A stretch of 64,000 bases of DNA, taken from positions 54,418-118,417 of the IMG/VR virus record IMGVR_UViG_3300009784_000001. One strand, given 5' to 3'. Shown here in pieces: positions 47,010 through 56,985 of this stretch. The DNA comes from a virus. Lineage: Duplodnaviria > Heunggongvirae > Uroviricota > Caudoviricetes. The notes beneath the pieces were generated by a model. That model had not been told where the DNA came from. It ran no database searches and worked only from the letters and a program-made list of their open reading frames with translations. Every line of letters begins with the position of its first letter. Position 1 is the first letter of the stretch. Made by a program: the position numbers and the translations under genes.

Positions 47010-48548
47010 ATGAATATACCAACAAATTTAAAAGTTATACAAAGTGGCAATATGCCCAATTCTACTACTTTAACCTCTGGACAAATAGCATTTGGAAAAA
47101 TAGGGGGGGGGGGTAATATAAGATTGTTTATGAATGATGGTTCTGCTATAACAGAACTATCAGATATTTTTGTTCCTTATGGAAATAAATTAAGTTCTTC
47201 TTCTCCTTTACCTATTGGCCCTAATAGTACTGTTAATGGCTTTGGAGGAATTGCAATAGGTTATAACTCAAGTGCAGCAGGAGGTTTATTAAGTACTGGC
47301 CCAATTGCAATAGGTTTTAATGCAGTTTCATCTATTAATTCAATAGCAATAGGGTACTTTGCTAATGCAGCAGCAAATACTTCAGTTGTTATAGGTTTTA
47401 ATGCAAGTCAAGATGCTACAAGTCAACCAGGAAATTCAGTTATAATTGGAAGTGGAGCACATGGCTATGCCACTCTTTATAATTCTGGAAATAGTAGTTT
47501 TAGTGGGCAGGGAGTTATAATAGGATCTAATGCAAGTGGAACATGGAAAAATGTAACAGTTATTGGCTATGGAGCGAAAGCTGATCCTACTGCAAATACA
47601 AGTTTACCAATTATTAATGCAAATGGAGCAGATTATGCTCTTTCTATTGGCGCTTGGACAAATGCTTTAGCTAGTGGAGCGATAGCTGTTGGTGGAACTG
47701 CTAATGCAGATGGCAGTATATGTATTGGAAGTGCATGTGATGAAGTTAATGGAATTGCAATAGGAAATTCCTCTCGTGTTATGTCAGGTGCAAATAGTGG
47801 AATTTCAATAGGATATTATTCAAATGCAATTTCACCTAATACAGTGGCAATAGGAAGTTTTGCAATTGCTGGACTAAACGCTTCTTATGGAATAGCTATT
47901 GGAAGAGGAGCACTTCTTCAAAATAGTAATTCAGGAATAGCTATTGGGCTAAATAGTGGTGCAGTTAATTCATCTGCACTTGTTTTAGGTACTCAAAGTA
48001 GTGCTAATGGATTACAAGCATTAGCTATTGGTACAGGTACACAAGCTATTGGTTTAAATACAATAGCAATAGGAACTAGTGTAGTAGCAAATAATACAGG
48101 ATGTATTGCGATAGGAGCAGGAGCAGTTGTGTCCAGTGCAAATACAATGCAGTTAGGAAGTTCAGCTCTTGTAACTGTTTATCGAGGAGCAGGAACAGCT
48201 ACAGCATTTAATACAACATCAGATGAACGTATCAAAGAAAACATAGTTGAAGCAAACACAACAATATGTTTAAGTGATGCCAACAGGTTAAAAGTCAAAC
48301 GATTTTCATATAAAGATTTTGTAAATAGTACTGGTGATAAAACTGTAACTGGGTTTATAGCGCAGGATTTTAGGGAGGTATTTCCAAAGCAAGTAAGTGA
48401 GGTGAAGAAAGTGTATCAAGTTGAAGGAAAAGAAGATGTTGTATTTGAAGATTTGTTAAGCATTGATACATCGCAGGTTATTTATACATTGGTAGGAGCT
48501 ATTCAGGAACTGACGAAACGGATAGAACAATTAGAAAACAAATCATAA
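47010..48548 (+). CDS. tail fibre protein with Gly/Ala/Ser-rich IAIG repeats and a C-terminal intramolecular-chaperone (peptidase S74-like) domain
   Basis: Repeats are of the AIGxN/SIAIGY type. The C-terminal TSDERIKENIVE matches the S...DxRxK autoprocessing signature. The gene is on the plus strand and contains a G11 tract at 47103-47113. Confidence 0.7.
   Translation: MNIPTNLKVIQSGNMPNSTTLTSGQIAFGKIGGGGNIRLFMNDGSAITELSDIFVPYGNKLSSSSPLPIGPNSTVNGFGGIAIGYNSSAAGGLLSTGPIAIGFNAVSSINSIAIGYFANAAANTSVVIGFNASQDATSQPGNSVIIGSGAHGYATLYNSGNSSFSGQGVIIGSNASGTWKNVTVIGYGAKADPTANTSLPIINANGADYALSIGAWTNALASGAIAVGGTANADGSICIGSACDEVNGIAIGNSSRVMSGANSGISIGYYSNAISPNTVAIGSFAIAGLNASYGIAIGRGALLQNSNSGIAIGLNSGAVNSSALVLGTQSSANGLQALAIGTGTQAIGLNTIAIGTSVVANNTGCIAIGAGAVVSSANTMQLGSSALVTVYRGAGTATAFNTTSDERIKENIVEANTTICLSDANRLKVKRFSYKDFVNSTGDKTVTGFIAQDFREVFPKQVSEVKKVYQVEGKEDVVFEDLLSIDTSQVIYTLVGAIQELTKRIEQLENKS
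47103..47113 (+). repeat. G11 homopolymeric tract inside the tail-fibre ORF (encodes GGGG)
   Basis: Eleven consecutive G in a very AT-rich genome, 94 nt into the ORF. The upstream alternative-frame ORF 46931-47116 ends in this tract. Confidence 0.9.
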
Positions 48549-48557
48549 TTAATAAAA

Positions 48558-48598
48558 AAATCCCAATCTTTCGGTTGGGATTTTCTATTATATTTTTT
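48558..48598 (+). terminator. bidirectional intrinsic terminator
   Basis: Stem AATCCCAA/TTGGGATT with T-runs on both sides, directly after the tail-fibre stop. Confidence 0.6.
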
Positions 48599-48889
48599 TT
48601 TATTTTTATGAGGTCTATCATAAGATATAAAGCCAATATGAGTTTCAAGTTCTATTTCTCTTGAAACTTTTTTGTTCATTTTCAATATGTCTTGTTTTGT
48701 AATTTTCATATTATATTTTTAATATATTGTCTAATTTTATGATTTAAACTTCCACGAGATACTGTTGTGTTCATTTCTTCCCACCAGTTAATATGTCCCT
48801 CTTTCTTCAATCTACCATGTATGTAATCTTGTTTAGAAGGAAAATTAATTTTTTTAACACGCCCAAACGGTTTCATATTTATTTATTTG

Positions 48890-49120
48890 TTAAAAATTAT
48901 CACTACCATCACCACCATCACAAAATATTCCAAAAACTGTGTCAAATTCATCATTATTCCAAGTATCATTAATTCTTAAAGATAAACTACCAGAAGCACC
49001 AAATAAACTTATTCTACCTTGTTTATCAGCATATTTTTCAAGCCTTTTCAATGCTTTATAATATAACTCTTCATTATAAGTTAATTCAAATTCTTCTCCT
49101 CTGTTTGTTTTTACTACCAT
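48890..49120 (-). CDS. hypothetical protein (76 aa)
   Basis: Track ORF. Confidence 0.4.
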   Translation of the reverse strand: MVVKTNRGEEFELTYNEELYYKALKRLEKYADKQGRISLFGASGSLSLRINDTWNNDEFDTVFGIFCDGGDGSDNF

Positions 49121-49452
49121 AAATCTTCTGATGTTAATCTACCTCCCAATAAAGGTTTAGTAAGTTGTCCATTTTTAATAACTAATTCAAGTGCTTCTTT
49201 TCTATTTAAGAATCTATTTTTGTTGGTTATGAATCCATCTTCCCACTTTGATTTCATATACTTTTCTACTGTTTCTCTCCCAAAAATTTCCCATATACAA
49301 TGATGTCTCCATCCAGAAACTACATAACCTGTGTTAATATTAAATGGTTTATATTGATAGGTTTTTTCATCATCAATATAAATAGCAGCAGCCATTACAT
49401 ATTCCCTTTCACCATTATTCAAATGAGCTTCTAATCTTTCTTTATCAATCAT
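49114..49452 (-). CDS. hypothetical protein (112 aa)
   Basis: Track ORF. Confidence 0.45.
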   Translation of the reverse strand: MIDKERLEAHLNNGEREYVMAAAIYIDDEKTYQYKPFNINTGYVVSGWRHHCIWEIFGRETVEKYMKSKWEDGFITNKNRFLNRKEALELVIKNGQLTKPLLGGRLTSEDLW

Positions 49453-49718
49453 TCTGTAATATAAATTATATCCTTTTCATCAACTTCAATTAGAAATAGA
49501 AAACCTAATTCATCACGCAATTTAGAAAAAGGGTATTCTTCTAATAATTGTTTTTCTTTTTCATGAGTCAATTTAATAGGAACAGCATTTTCCACATCTC
49601 TATACCACCAGAAAGTAACAGGAAATAATCTATCTGGTTTTTCACTTTTAATATAATGCCATGGTTTTTCTAAAAAAACTTCTCTCCTATCAGGAGTCCA
49701 TGCATACCAAACTTTCAT
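49449..49718 (-). CDS. hypothetical protein (89 aa)
   Basis: Track ORF. Confidence 0.45.
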   Translation of the reverse strand: MKVWYAWTPDRREVFLEKPWHYIKSEKPDRLFPVTFWWYRDVENAVPIKLTHEKEKQLLEEYPFSKLRDELGFLFLIEVDEKDIIYITE

Positions 49719-49936
49719 TCTTCTTCAATTTTATTATTTTTTCTTCTTTGACTTGCATTGAAATACAATAATCTTTTCAATTTTGATTCATGTTCTTTTA
49801 ATGCAAATCCATGATAACTCCAAGCATTTTTTTCTTTCTTTTTCTTGTTTTGTGCGCTCATTTTTTTTTAATTTAATAATGATTACAAAGATACAAAATA
49901 AATTTTACATTAGAAAATAAATAATGTTAAAAAATC

Positions 49937-50491
49937 TTATAAATCAATAGAGGTAGCAGTAGAAAAAGATTTATCAAATAATGTATTTAATCTATTTGTT
50001 ACTTTTTCATCATTAAAACAACATTTCGCTTTAAAAGGATAATTTATATCATATTCTATTCTATAGATATTATCATCTCCTGTTGAAAAATTTATTTCAT
50101 ATCTTAATTTTGGTTCTCCATATTCCAATGTTGCTTTTTCATCTGTTTTTTTAATTTCATATTTTTTTTTATCTATTGAACGTAACGTTTTGAATATTTC
50201 CTTTTCATTTAATTCTTTACTATTAGGTATTGTTTTAAGCAAAAATTTTACATATCCTTTTTTAAGAAAATATTTTAAGGCTTTAATATATTCATCAGAA
50301 TTTGATAAATCATCACATAAATTATAAGTAAAAATACGAATTAACCCATAACTTGATTTTTCAAACATAGCTTTAAAGAAAGCAAGTGCATGGCTTCCAG
50401 CAGAATTTTCAAAAGATTTGAGAGATTGAATTGTGACAAGATATTTTACAGCATCATAAAATTCTGAATCTATTTTGAATGGTTTGTTCAT
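49937..50491 (-). CDS. hypothetical protein (184 aa)
   Basis: Track ORF. Confidence 0.45.
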   Translation of the reverse strand: MNKPFKIDSEFYDAVKYLVTIQSLKSFENSAGSHALAFFKAMFEKSSYGLIRIFTYNLCDDLSNSDEYIKALKYFLKKGYVKFLLKTIPNSKELNEKEIFKTLRSIDKKKYEIKKTDEKATLEYGEPKLRYEINFSTGDDNIYRIEYDINYPFKAKCCFNDEKVTNRLNTLFDKSFSTATSIDL

Positions 50492-50494
50492 AAC

Positions 50495-50998
50495 TTATCT
50501 ATCTGTACATGTATATTTTAATACAACTCTATTATAAGTATAATTACCTCTTGCGACATTTGTTGTAGTTGTGATTTGTTGCCTTCCAACATATATTCTT
50601 ATACCAATATCGTTACTAGCTACATTTGAAACTGTTGAACTAGGCAAAGGTAAAGTATTATTAGTACTTGGATTAAAAGAAAATGCTCTATATATCCATA
50701 TTTTATCTACATTTGGAATGTTATGATTATAATTATTAGTGGCTGTTGTAGAAAAAGCATTAGTAGGCAATTGTATCATTTGTTTATAAATTTTGTGATA
50801 TTGATTATCATCTATATCAAAAAAATCTACACCTGTATACTTTTCAGTAAGTATAAAATCTGGAAGCGCACATAATTCTTTATCTCCTAAATACATTACA
50901 TTTTCATCAGTAGTTATATAAAGAGTGTTTTCATCTTTATTAAAAATACTATCATAAGTTGCTTTTAATCCTTTTAAAAATTTTAACACAGGAAACAT
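50495..50998 (-). CDS. family C protein (tandem paralog, 167 aa)
   Basis: Shares the LKFLKGLKA.YD.I..KD.N..YITTDE...YLGDK and C-terminal RYTCTDR patterns with 51012-51515. Confidence 0.5.
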   Translation of the reverse strand: MFPVLKFLKGLKATYDSIFNKDENTLYITTDENVMYLGDKELCALPDFILTEKYTGVDFFDIDDNQYHKIYKQMIQLPTNAFSTTATNNYNHNIPNVDKIWIYRAFSFNPSTNNTLPLPSSTVSNVASNDIGIRIYVGRQQITTTTNVARGNYTYNRVVLKYTCTDR

Positions 50999-51011
50999 AC
51001 ATATTTAAATT

Positions 51012-51515
51012 TTATCTATCTGTACAAGTATATCTTAGTACAATCATATTATAATTATTATCTACTCTTATACTTCCACTTTGGGTTACTATATTTGTTA
51101 AATTTACTTGGACAGTAATACCATTTGCAAGAGTAGCTGCTTGAAATGGTAAAGGTAATGATTGACCTGCATTGGCAGGAGTTGCTCCACCAGTAAGTTG
51201 TATAGTAAATCCTTCATGAACCCATACTTTATTTATATTTGATATATTATGAGGTGTTGAAAGAGCAGCAATAGCAGCAAATGCAGTACTTGGTAATTGT
51301 ACCATTTTCTGATATATTTTATGTAATTGCCCATCATCTGTATCATAGAAATAAAAACCAGTAAATTCTTCATTTAATGTGTAATTTGGAGAACGACCTA
51401 TTTTTTTATCCCCTAGATAAATTAAGCCTTCATCAGTAGTTATATAAATAGAATTAGGATCTTTTGAAACAATAGCATCATAAGCAGCCTTTAATCCTTT
51501 AAAAAATTTTAACAT
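51012..51515 (-). CDS. family C protein (tandem paralog, 167 aa)
   Basis: See the previous entry. Confidence 0.5.
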   Translation of the reverse strand: MLKFFKGLKAAYDAIVSKDPNSIYITTDEGLIYLGDKKIGRSPNYTLNEEFTGFYFYDTDDGQLHKIYQKMVQLPSTAFAAIAALSTPHNISNINKVWVHEGFTIQLTGGATPANAGQSLPLPFQAATLANGITVQVNLTNIVTQSGSIRVDNNYNMIVLRYTCTDR

Positions 51516-51551
51516 AAATCAAAAATATTTTCTTATAAATATTTATAAATC

Positions 51552-52781
51552 TTATTTTATGTAATTTATTAATTCATTAACATCAAAAAATACATTTTCT
51601 TTTTGATATATATTACTAAATAAGGGATTGTTATAATATTCATCTTTAAATTCATTTCTATTAACAAAATATAATAAATGGATATTATTTTCTTTGGATA
51701 AATTATACTTTTCAATATCTCTTTTTATCACTTCATTTAATTTATTTCCAAAATAATTTATTTTGTAAAGATGTTGTCCACCTTGACATTCAATTAATAT
51801 ATTTTTTCGAGGTAAATAAAAATCAAATTTAAACCTTTTGGCAAAACAAAGTATTTTTTTATTGCATTCTTCAATATATTCTATTTTATTTTGTTCTAAT
51901 TCTATTCTAATTTTTGTTTGTAATTTTGATGTTTTACATTTTAAACATCCATGATAATTTAAATGTCCTCTTGGAACTTGCCAAAATTCCCCATGTTCTG
52001 GGCAAATTATGCAAACAGGAGTAGAATCATTAATATAATTAACTTTGGAATAATTATACCTATCTCCATGAATTTTTTTAGCATCCTGTATAAATTGTTC
52101 AGTTGTTTTTCTTTTTTCTATCCCTCTATAAATAGATTCAATTTGTCTTGGTATTCTGCCTTTATAATGATGACTTGCAAATTCCCAAAATTCACCAAAT
52201 TCTTTTCCTGTATTTGGATTTATAGTATGATCAATAATACATATTTTTTTATCACTTCCTTTATATATTAATTTACTATAATCAAAACGATTTTTATGAA
52301 TTTCATTACATTTTTTAATAAATTCTTTTTGAGCTATACGTTTATTTATTCCTCTTTTTATATAAGAGCTTTTTTCATTTTCACTTCCACGTAAATGACT
52401 ATTAGGAGTTTGCCAAAATTCGCCAAATTCTTTTCCTGTATTTGGATTTATAGTATGATCAATAATACATATTTTAGTAGATGCGCTAATATATTCTATT
52501 TTGGAATAATCATACCTATCTCCATGAATTTTTTTAGCATCTTGTATAAATTGTTCAGTTGTTTTTCTTTGTTTATTATGTTTTATATCATTCATACATT
52601 TTAAACAATTCCTTCCTTCTAAATGACGGGAAGGAGTTTGCCAAAATTCTCCATGTTGGGAACAAATAATACAAACTTTTGTTTTATTATTTATGTATTC
52701 AACTTTACTATAATTATACTTATCCCCATGTATTTGTTTAGCCTTTTGAATAAATTGTTCTGTTGTTAAAGATTTAGACAT
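51552..52781 (-). CDS. repeat-containing putative endonuclease (4 zinc-binding repeats of about 65 aa plus a C-terminal PD-(D/E)xK-like domain)
   Basis: Four repeats of TTEQFIQ.AK.IHGD.Y.YSK..Y......K.CIIC..HGEFWQ.P..HL.G..C.KC. The C-terminus FDFYLPRKNILIECQGGQH resembles a DUF559/Vsr-like nuclease core. Confidence 0.45.
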   Translation of the reverse strand: MSKSLTTEQFIQKAKQIHGDKYNYSKVEYINNKTKVCIICSQHGEFWQTPSRHLEGRNCLKCMNDIKHNKQRKTTEQFIQDAKKIHGDRYDYSKIEYISASTKICIIDHTINPNTGKEFGEFWQTPNSHLRGSENEKSSYIKRGINKRIAQKEFIKKCNEIHKNRFDYSKLIYKGSDKKICIIDHTINPNTGKEFGEFWEFASHHYKGRIPRQIESIYRGIEKRKTTEQFIQDAKKIHGDRYNYSKVNYINDSTPVCIICPEHGEFWQVPRGHLNYHGCLKCKTSKLQTKIRIELEQNKIEYIEECNKKILCFAKRFKFDFYLPRKNILIECQGGQHLYKINYFGNKLNEVIKRDIEKYNLSKENNIHLLYFVNRNEFKDEYYNNPLFSNIYQKENVFFDVNELINYIK

Positions 52782-52864
52782 ACTTATAATTTAAATATAA
52801 ATAGTATGATTATTATAAAAATAACATTTAGACTAAACAGAAAATAAACAATTAAAACACCACC

Positions 52865-55800
52865 TTATGAACAAGCTGACCATCCGCAATTAGTACATTT
52901 TTTACATCCATTTTCATATATAATAGAATTTGTTAATCCACATTCAGGACAAGTTTCATTAATATTACCTTCTTTTTTCTCTAAATATCTATTTAAGATT
53001 CTTGCACAAACACTGCTGAATGAAGTAATACTATCATCATACTTTTTGAAGGTTTTAATAATATATTCAAGTCCTATTCCATGCCTTAATTCTAATGAAG
53101 TACGAGTACAATGCCTTTTTTCTTCTTCACTGTTAAATTCTGTTAAGTTAGGAATTGTGATAAATTCTGAATCAAATTTATATAAGTTCTTTTTTATTTT
53201 TGTTATTGTACCTCTATGTTCTTTTATTTTATTAAAGGAGGTTTTTAATTCAATATTTTCAAGTGTTGGGATGAAACAAAATAATTCATAAGGCATTTCG
53301 CAATATAAACCAATGATAATAATATAATTTTGACCTTTATATTTTATTTTATAAAAATCACTAGTTAATGTTTTTGGACGTTTAGGAGCATTATGTGTTG
53401 CAAAGTCTTTACAAGGATCGTCATTTTTTTTATCTGTTGCCACTAAAACACCACTTCGAGAACCTTCTCTATATATTGTACAACCTTTTAAGTTATATTT
53501 GAATACATTTTTATAAATTTCATCTACTTCTTTAATAGTTACATTTTGAGGAAGATTAATTGTAGATGAAATGGAAGAAGTTATAAATTCTTGTATTAAT
53601 CCTTGTATTTTAACTCTTTCAACCCAATTAATATCATTTGCAGTTTGTTTATAGTATGGTGATTCTTCATAAACTCTTTGCCAATCTGTATTTTCCCACC
53701 CATTATATTCATTTAAACCTCTACTAGCAAGAAAATATTCTTTTAATTTTGGATGAACAACAACAAATTCCTTAAATCCTTTACCATTTTCATCAATGTA
53801 ATCGGCAGTTTCTCCTGGGGTTAATACTCTTCTTCTTACATAAAATGGTAAAAATAATGGTTCAATACCAGAAGTAGTTTGAGTCATTACTGATACTGTG
53901 CCAGTTGGGGCTAATGTACTAATTCCCGAATTTCTTCTTCCATATTTTAGCATTCTTATAGTTTGAGAAGGAAATTCATCAATAATAAATTGATACCATT
54001 CATTATTTCCTATTAAATCAATATATGTATTTTCACTATCTGAAACTTCATGAAACTCTTTATTTTTATCCCATAATGGAAATGTACCTTTCAAAATAGC
54101 TAAATCAATAGAAGCATCCAATTCATTTTCAAGTTTTAATTTCATCACCTTTTGAAGTATGTCAAAATCTCCATAAGGCTTATTTAACGCTGCAAACATA
54201 TCACCTAAAGCTGTGTAACCAGTTCCTGTTCTTCTACCTAAAGAACCTATATTTTTTATTTCTTCCCACAATTTAATTTCAAGTTTTTTACTCTTTGAAC
54301 TTTTTGATAAAAGTAATAAAATTCTATCAACTGCTTCAATTTCTAAGTCAACAATTAAATCAGTCATAACTTGAATTTCATAAAAAATCTCTTTCATCAA
54401 ATCCTTGTCAATAGAACTATTTTCTGTAAAGGGGGAAGATACCATTGAGTAAAGATTAGTAGCCATTAAACGACATGAATCTTTTGGAGCCAAACTTAAT
54501 TCACCACATGGATTTGTAGATACGGCTTTGAGTTCTTTATATATTGATGTGGGGTCATAATTTATCATTCTATCCCAATTTAAAAATCCTGGTTCGGCAT
54601 GATTTCTATTGGAATAAACAAATTCATCCCATATTTCTTTTGCTTTTACCATTTTTATATAACCTTTATGAGTACCATCAATATTAACCAGATTGTATAA
54701 GTGATTATATAAAAAGTAATCTTTTTTAATATGTTCTATATTATATTTCAAAACTTCTTCATCAATTTTTAAATCACAAGGAAATCTCAATATATAATCT
54801 TCATCATTTTCAAGTGCTTGCATAAATTCATCATTAAATTTAATAGATATGTTAGCATTTGTTATAGCATTTGTATTTTGTTTACATTTAATAAAATCTA
54901 ATATATCAGGATGATTGATATCCATTGAAATCATCATAGCCATTTTACGACTTGATTGCCCTATAATTTTGCCTATTACATCATATATTTGCATCCAATC
55001 AACAGGACCAGAAGAAATTTTTGCTGAATTATTAACAGCAGCATTATTGGGTCTTAAATTTGAAATGTCAATACCACAATTATGAATGTTAACAAACCCA
55101 AAATTACTACCACAATAATAATTATTATTATCTTCAACAACTATATCTATATATTTATATTTTATATTATTATCTTCTATTATAGATTTTACTTGAGTTC
55201 TCGATAGTATTTCAAATAATTTAGAATTATTAATTAAACCAATTTTATTAAACAAATATAATGCAGCTTTTCCACATGATCTTTCTTTATTTAAATTAAT
55301 TCTGTTAGCTTTAAATAAATTATATTCTCTTTTATTAAGTCCCAAAGAAGATATTTTTACATTATTTATTAATTCTATCTCTTCATTAAGAAGTTTTATT
55401 TTCCCAGATTGATGCCTATAACTTCTTTCTTTCATCCTATTTAATTTATCTGGATGAATTACATAATTCATTATTTCAGTATATATATCAGAATCTTTAT
55501 AGATATGTAATCTATATAAATTATTTTCATTATTTTTTTTAGGATATCTAATATTTACACTATATCTTTGACCAATTGAAGATAAATAAAATGATATATC
55601 ATCAATAGCATTTTTTGAAGTTATATCAATATCAATTTTACCTTCCTTTCTAATATGACCATCAGAATCAATTAAGCCAGCAAGAAATGGTATCCACAAA
55701 TTATTTTTATTTATAAAATTTGGAACACTCCAAGTATATGTTTTTTTATTAATTTGATTATCTAAAAAATTATCTATAATATAAACACCATCTATACTTG

Positions 55801-56851
55801 AAACTCTAAATTCCCAACATTCGCTTTTATAAGATTTTCTTTTAACTTTTGTAACTAATGATATATTTTCATTATTAATCATTTTTGAAAAAATACTCCT
55901 ATATTTTTCAATAATCTCTTTATTGTTTCCAATAATACTAAAAACACCAGCATAATATCCATATTGTTTTGGAATAGTTAGTCTAGCTGAACCATCACCC
56001 ATATGACAACCAATCCACCAACCAATTTCATCATAATTATTTAAAATATGCTTATATGATTTACCAGAAATAGTTTTATTAAATGTTTTGTCTAATAAAC
56101 CGCTATTATAATTTTCATATCCATATTCCTTTTCTTTTAATACTAATAATGGATGTTTTTTTGATGTTTTTAAATTAATACCATTATTATATTGTATATC
56201 TATTTGTTCATTTTGTAAAACTTCTGTATAAAATTTATCTGTAATTTTTTTCCATTCATCAATTTTAGCATTAATATTAAAACTTAAAACCATATCACCA
56301 ATATTTACATCTTTTATTGGTATAATACCTTTATCTTTCACTAAAATTTTTGAATTTTCTTCAACACAACCCCCACGGCGTTTTCCTACTTGCCCCATTT
56401 CCATAACAGAAATTAGAATATCCTCAATAGAATCTTCTACTGCATCAACTACAAAACAATTGGAAATTGAAGTAGGAGAATTTGTTCCTAAGTTTTCCAT
56501 TATTGAACCACCTGGAATTATATATCTATATCCTTTCAAATAAAAATAAAAATGTTCCTCTAATTCTTCTAATGTTGCATTTTTTAATTTATCAAAACGT
56601 TTTTTTCCAGTATCAGATAATAATTCATATTTGGTTTTATCTATTTTTTGAAAATAATTAAATTCTATTCTTGCAAATTCTTTAGCATATCTTCTATGAC
56701 TATCATCAGGAGTTAATTCACATAAATTTTTATTTTCATCTTTTAAACAATACTTTTTAATCCATGTAGTTGTAGCTAATTCATCATTGTTAAAGTACTT
56801 GAGGGTGGCATTGTAAACCTCATCATAACTATAATTTTTATTTTCGATCAT
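52865..56851 (-). CDS. ribonucleotide reductase large subunit, class II-like, interrupted by an intein
   Basis: Active-site STNPCGELSL, finger loop SGPVDWM and a C-terminal Cys cluster. There is no ATP cone. The track start at 56857 is TTG; the ATG is at 56851. Confidence 0.85.
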   Translation of the reverse strand: MIENKNYSYDEVYNATLKYFNNDELATTTWIKKYCLKDENKNLCELTPDDSHRRYAKEFARIEFNYFQKIDKTKYELLSDTGKKRFDKLKNATLEELEEHFYFYLKGYRYIIPGGSIMENLGTNSPTSISNCFVVDAVEDSIEDILISVMEMGQVGKRRGGCVEENSKILVKDKGIIPIKDVNIGDMVLSFNINAKIDEWKKITDKFYTEVLQNEQIDIQYNNGINLKTSKKHPLLVLKEKEYGYENYNSGLLDKTFNKTISGKSYKHILNNYDEIGWWIGCHMGDGSARLTIPKQYGYYAGVFSIIGNNKEIIEKYRSIFSKMINNENISLVTKVKRKSYKSECWEFRVSSIDGVYIIDNFLDNQINKKTYTWSVPNFINKNNLWIPFLAGLIDSDGHIRKEGKIDIDITSKNAIDDISFYLSSIGQRYSVNIRYPKKNNENNLYRLHIYKDSDIYTEIMNYVIHPDKLNRMKERSYRHQSGKIKLLNEEIELINNVKISSLGLNKREYNLFKANRINLNKERSCGKAALYLFNKIGLINNSKLFEILSRTQVKSIIEDNNIKYKYIDIVVEDNNNYYCGSNFGFVNIHNCGIDISNLRPNNAAVNNSAKISSGPVDWMQIYDVIGKIIGQSSRKMAMMISMDINHPDILDFIKCKQNTNAITNANISIKFNDEFMQALENDEDYILRFPCDLKIDEEVLKYNIEHIKKDYFLYNHLYNLVNIDGTHKGYIKMVKAKEIWDEFVYSNRNHAEPGFLNWDRMINYDPTSIYKELKAVSTNPCGELSLAPKDSCRLMATNLYSMVSSPFTENSSIDKDLMKEIFYEIQVMTDLIVDLEIEAVDRILLLLSKSSKSKKLEIKLWEEIKNIGSLGRRTGTGYTALGDMFAALNKPYGDFDILQKVMKLKLENELDASIDLAILKGTFPLWDKNKEFHEVSDSENTYIDLIGNNEWYQFIIDEFPSQTIRMLKYGRRNSGISTLAPTGTVSVMTQTTSGIEPLFLPFYVRRRVLTPGETADYIDENGKGFKEFVVVHPKLKEYFLASRGLNEYNGWENTDWQRVYEESPYYKQTANDINWVERVKIQGLIQEFITSSISSTINLPQNVTIKEVDEIYKNVFKYNLKGCTIYREGSRSGVLVATDKKNDDPCKDFATHNAPKRPKTLTSDFYKIKYKGQNYIIIIGLYCEMPYELFCFIPTLENIELKTSFNKIKEHRGTITKIKKNLYKFDSEFITIPNLTEFNSEEEKRHCTRTSLELRHGIGLEYIIKTFKKYDDSITSFSSVCARILNRYLEKKEGNINETCPECGLTNSIIYENGCKKCTNCGWSACS
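55079..56368 (-). mobile_element. intein (430 aa) with a double-motif LAGLIDADG homing endonuclease, inside the RNR gene
   Basis: Begins CVEENSKILVKDKG and ends VNIHN followed by a +1 Cys. HE motifs are GWWIGCHMGDGS and FLAGLIDSDGHI. Codons at both junctions were checked on the sequence: Cys is tgt at 56368-56366 and Asn is aat at 55081-55079. Confidence 0.85.
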
Positions 56852-56985
56852 AAACAATATTTGTAAATTTTATTTTTTGGTAAGAAATAAATACTATCAA
56901 ATGTACCAAAATAATCTGATTTTTTTTAATTTTATTTTAAAACTCTGTTAAACAAAAGTATATTTTTTAAAATAAAAACACAACA

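Noticed and set aside
46931-47116. Plus-strand ORF 46931-47116 upstream of the tail fibre.
   Set aside because: It starts inside the neighbouring minus-strand promoter box and has a junk-like Y/F/N-rich translation. It is kept only as the alternative frame relevant to G-tract slippage.
48503-48709. Minus-strand ORF 48503-48709.
   Set aside because: It overlaps the 3' end of the tail-fibre gene and contains the bidirectional terminator hairpin at 48558-48598, so it is unlikely to be translated.
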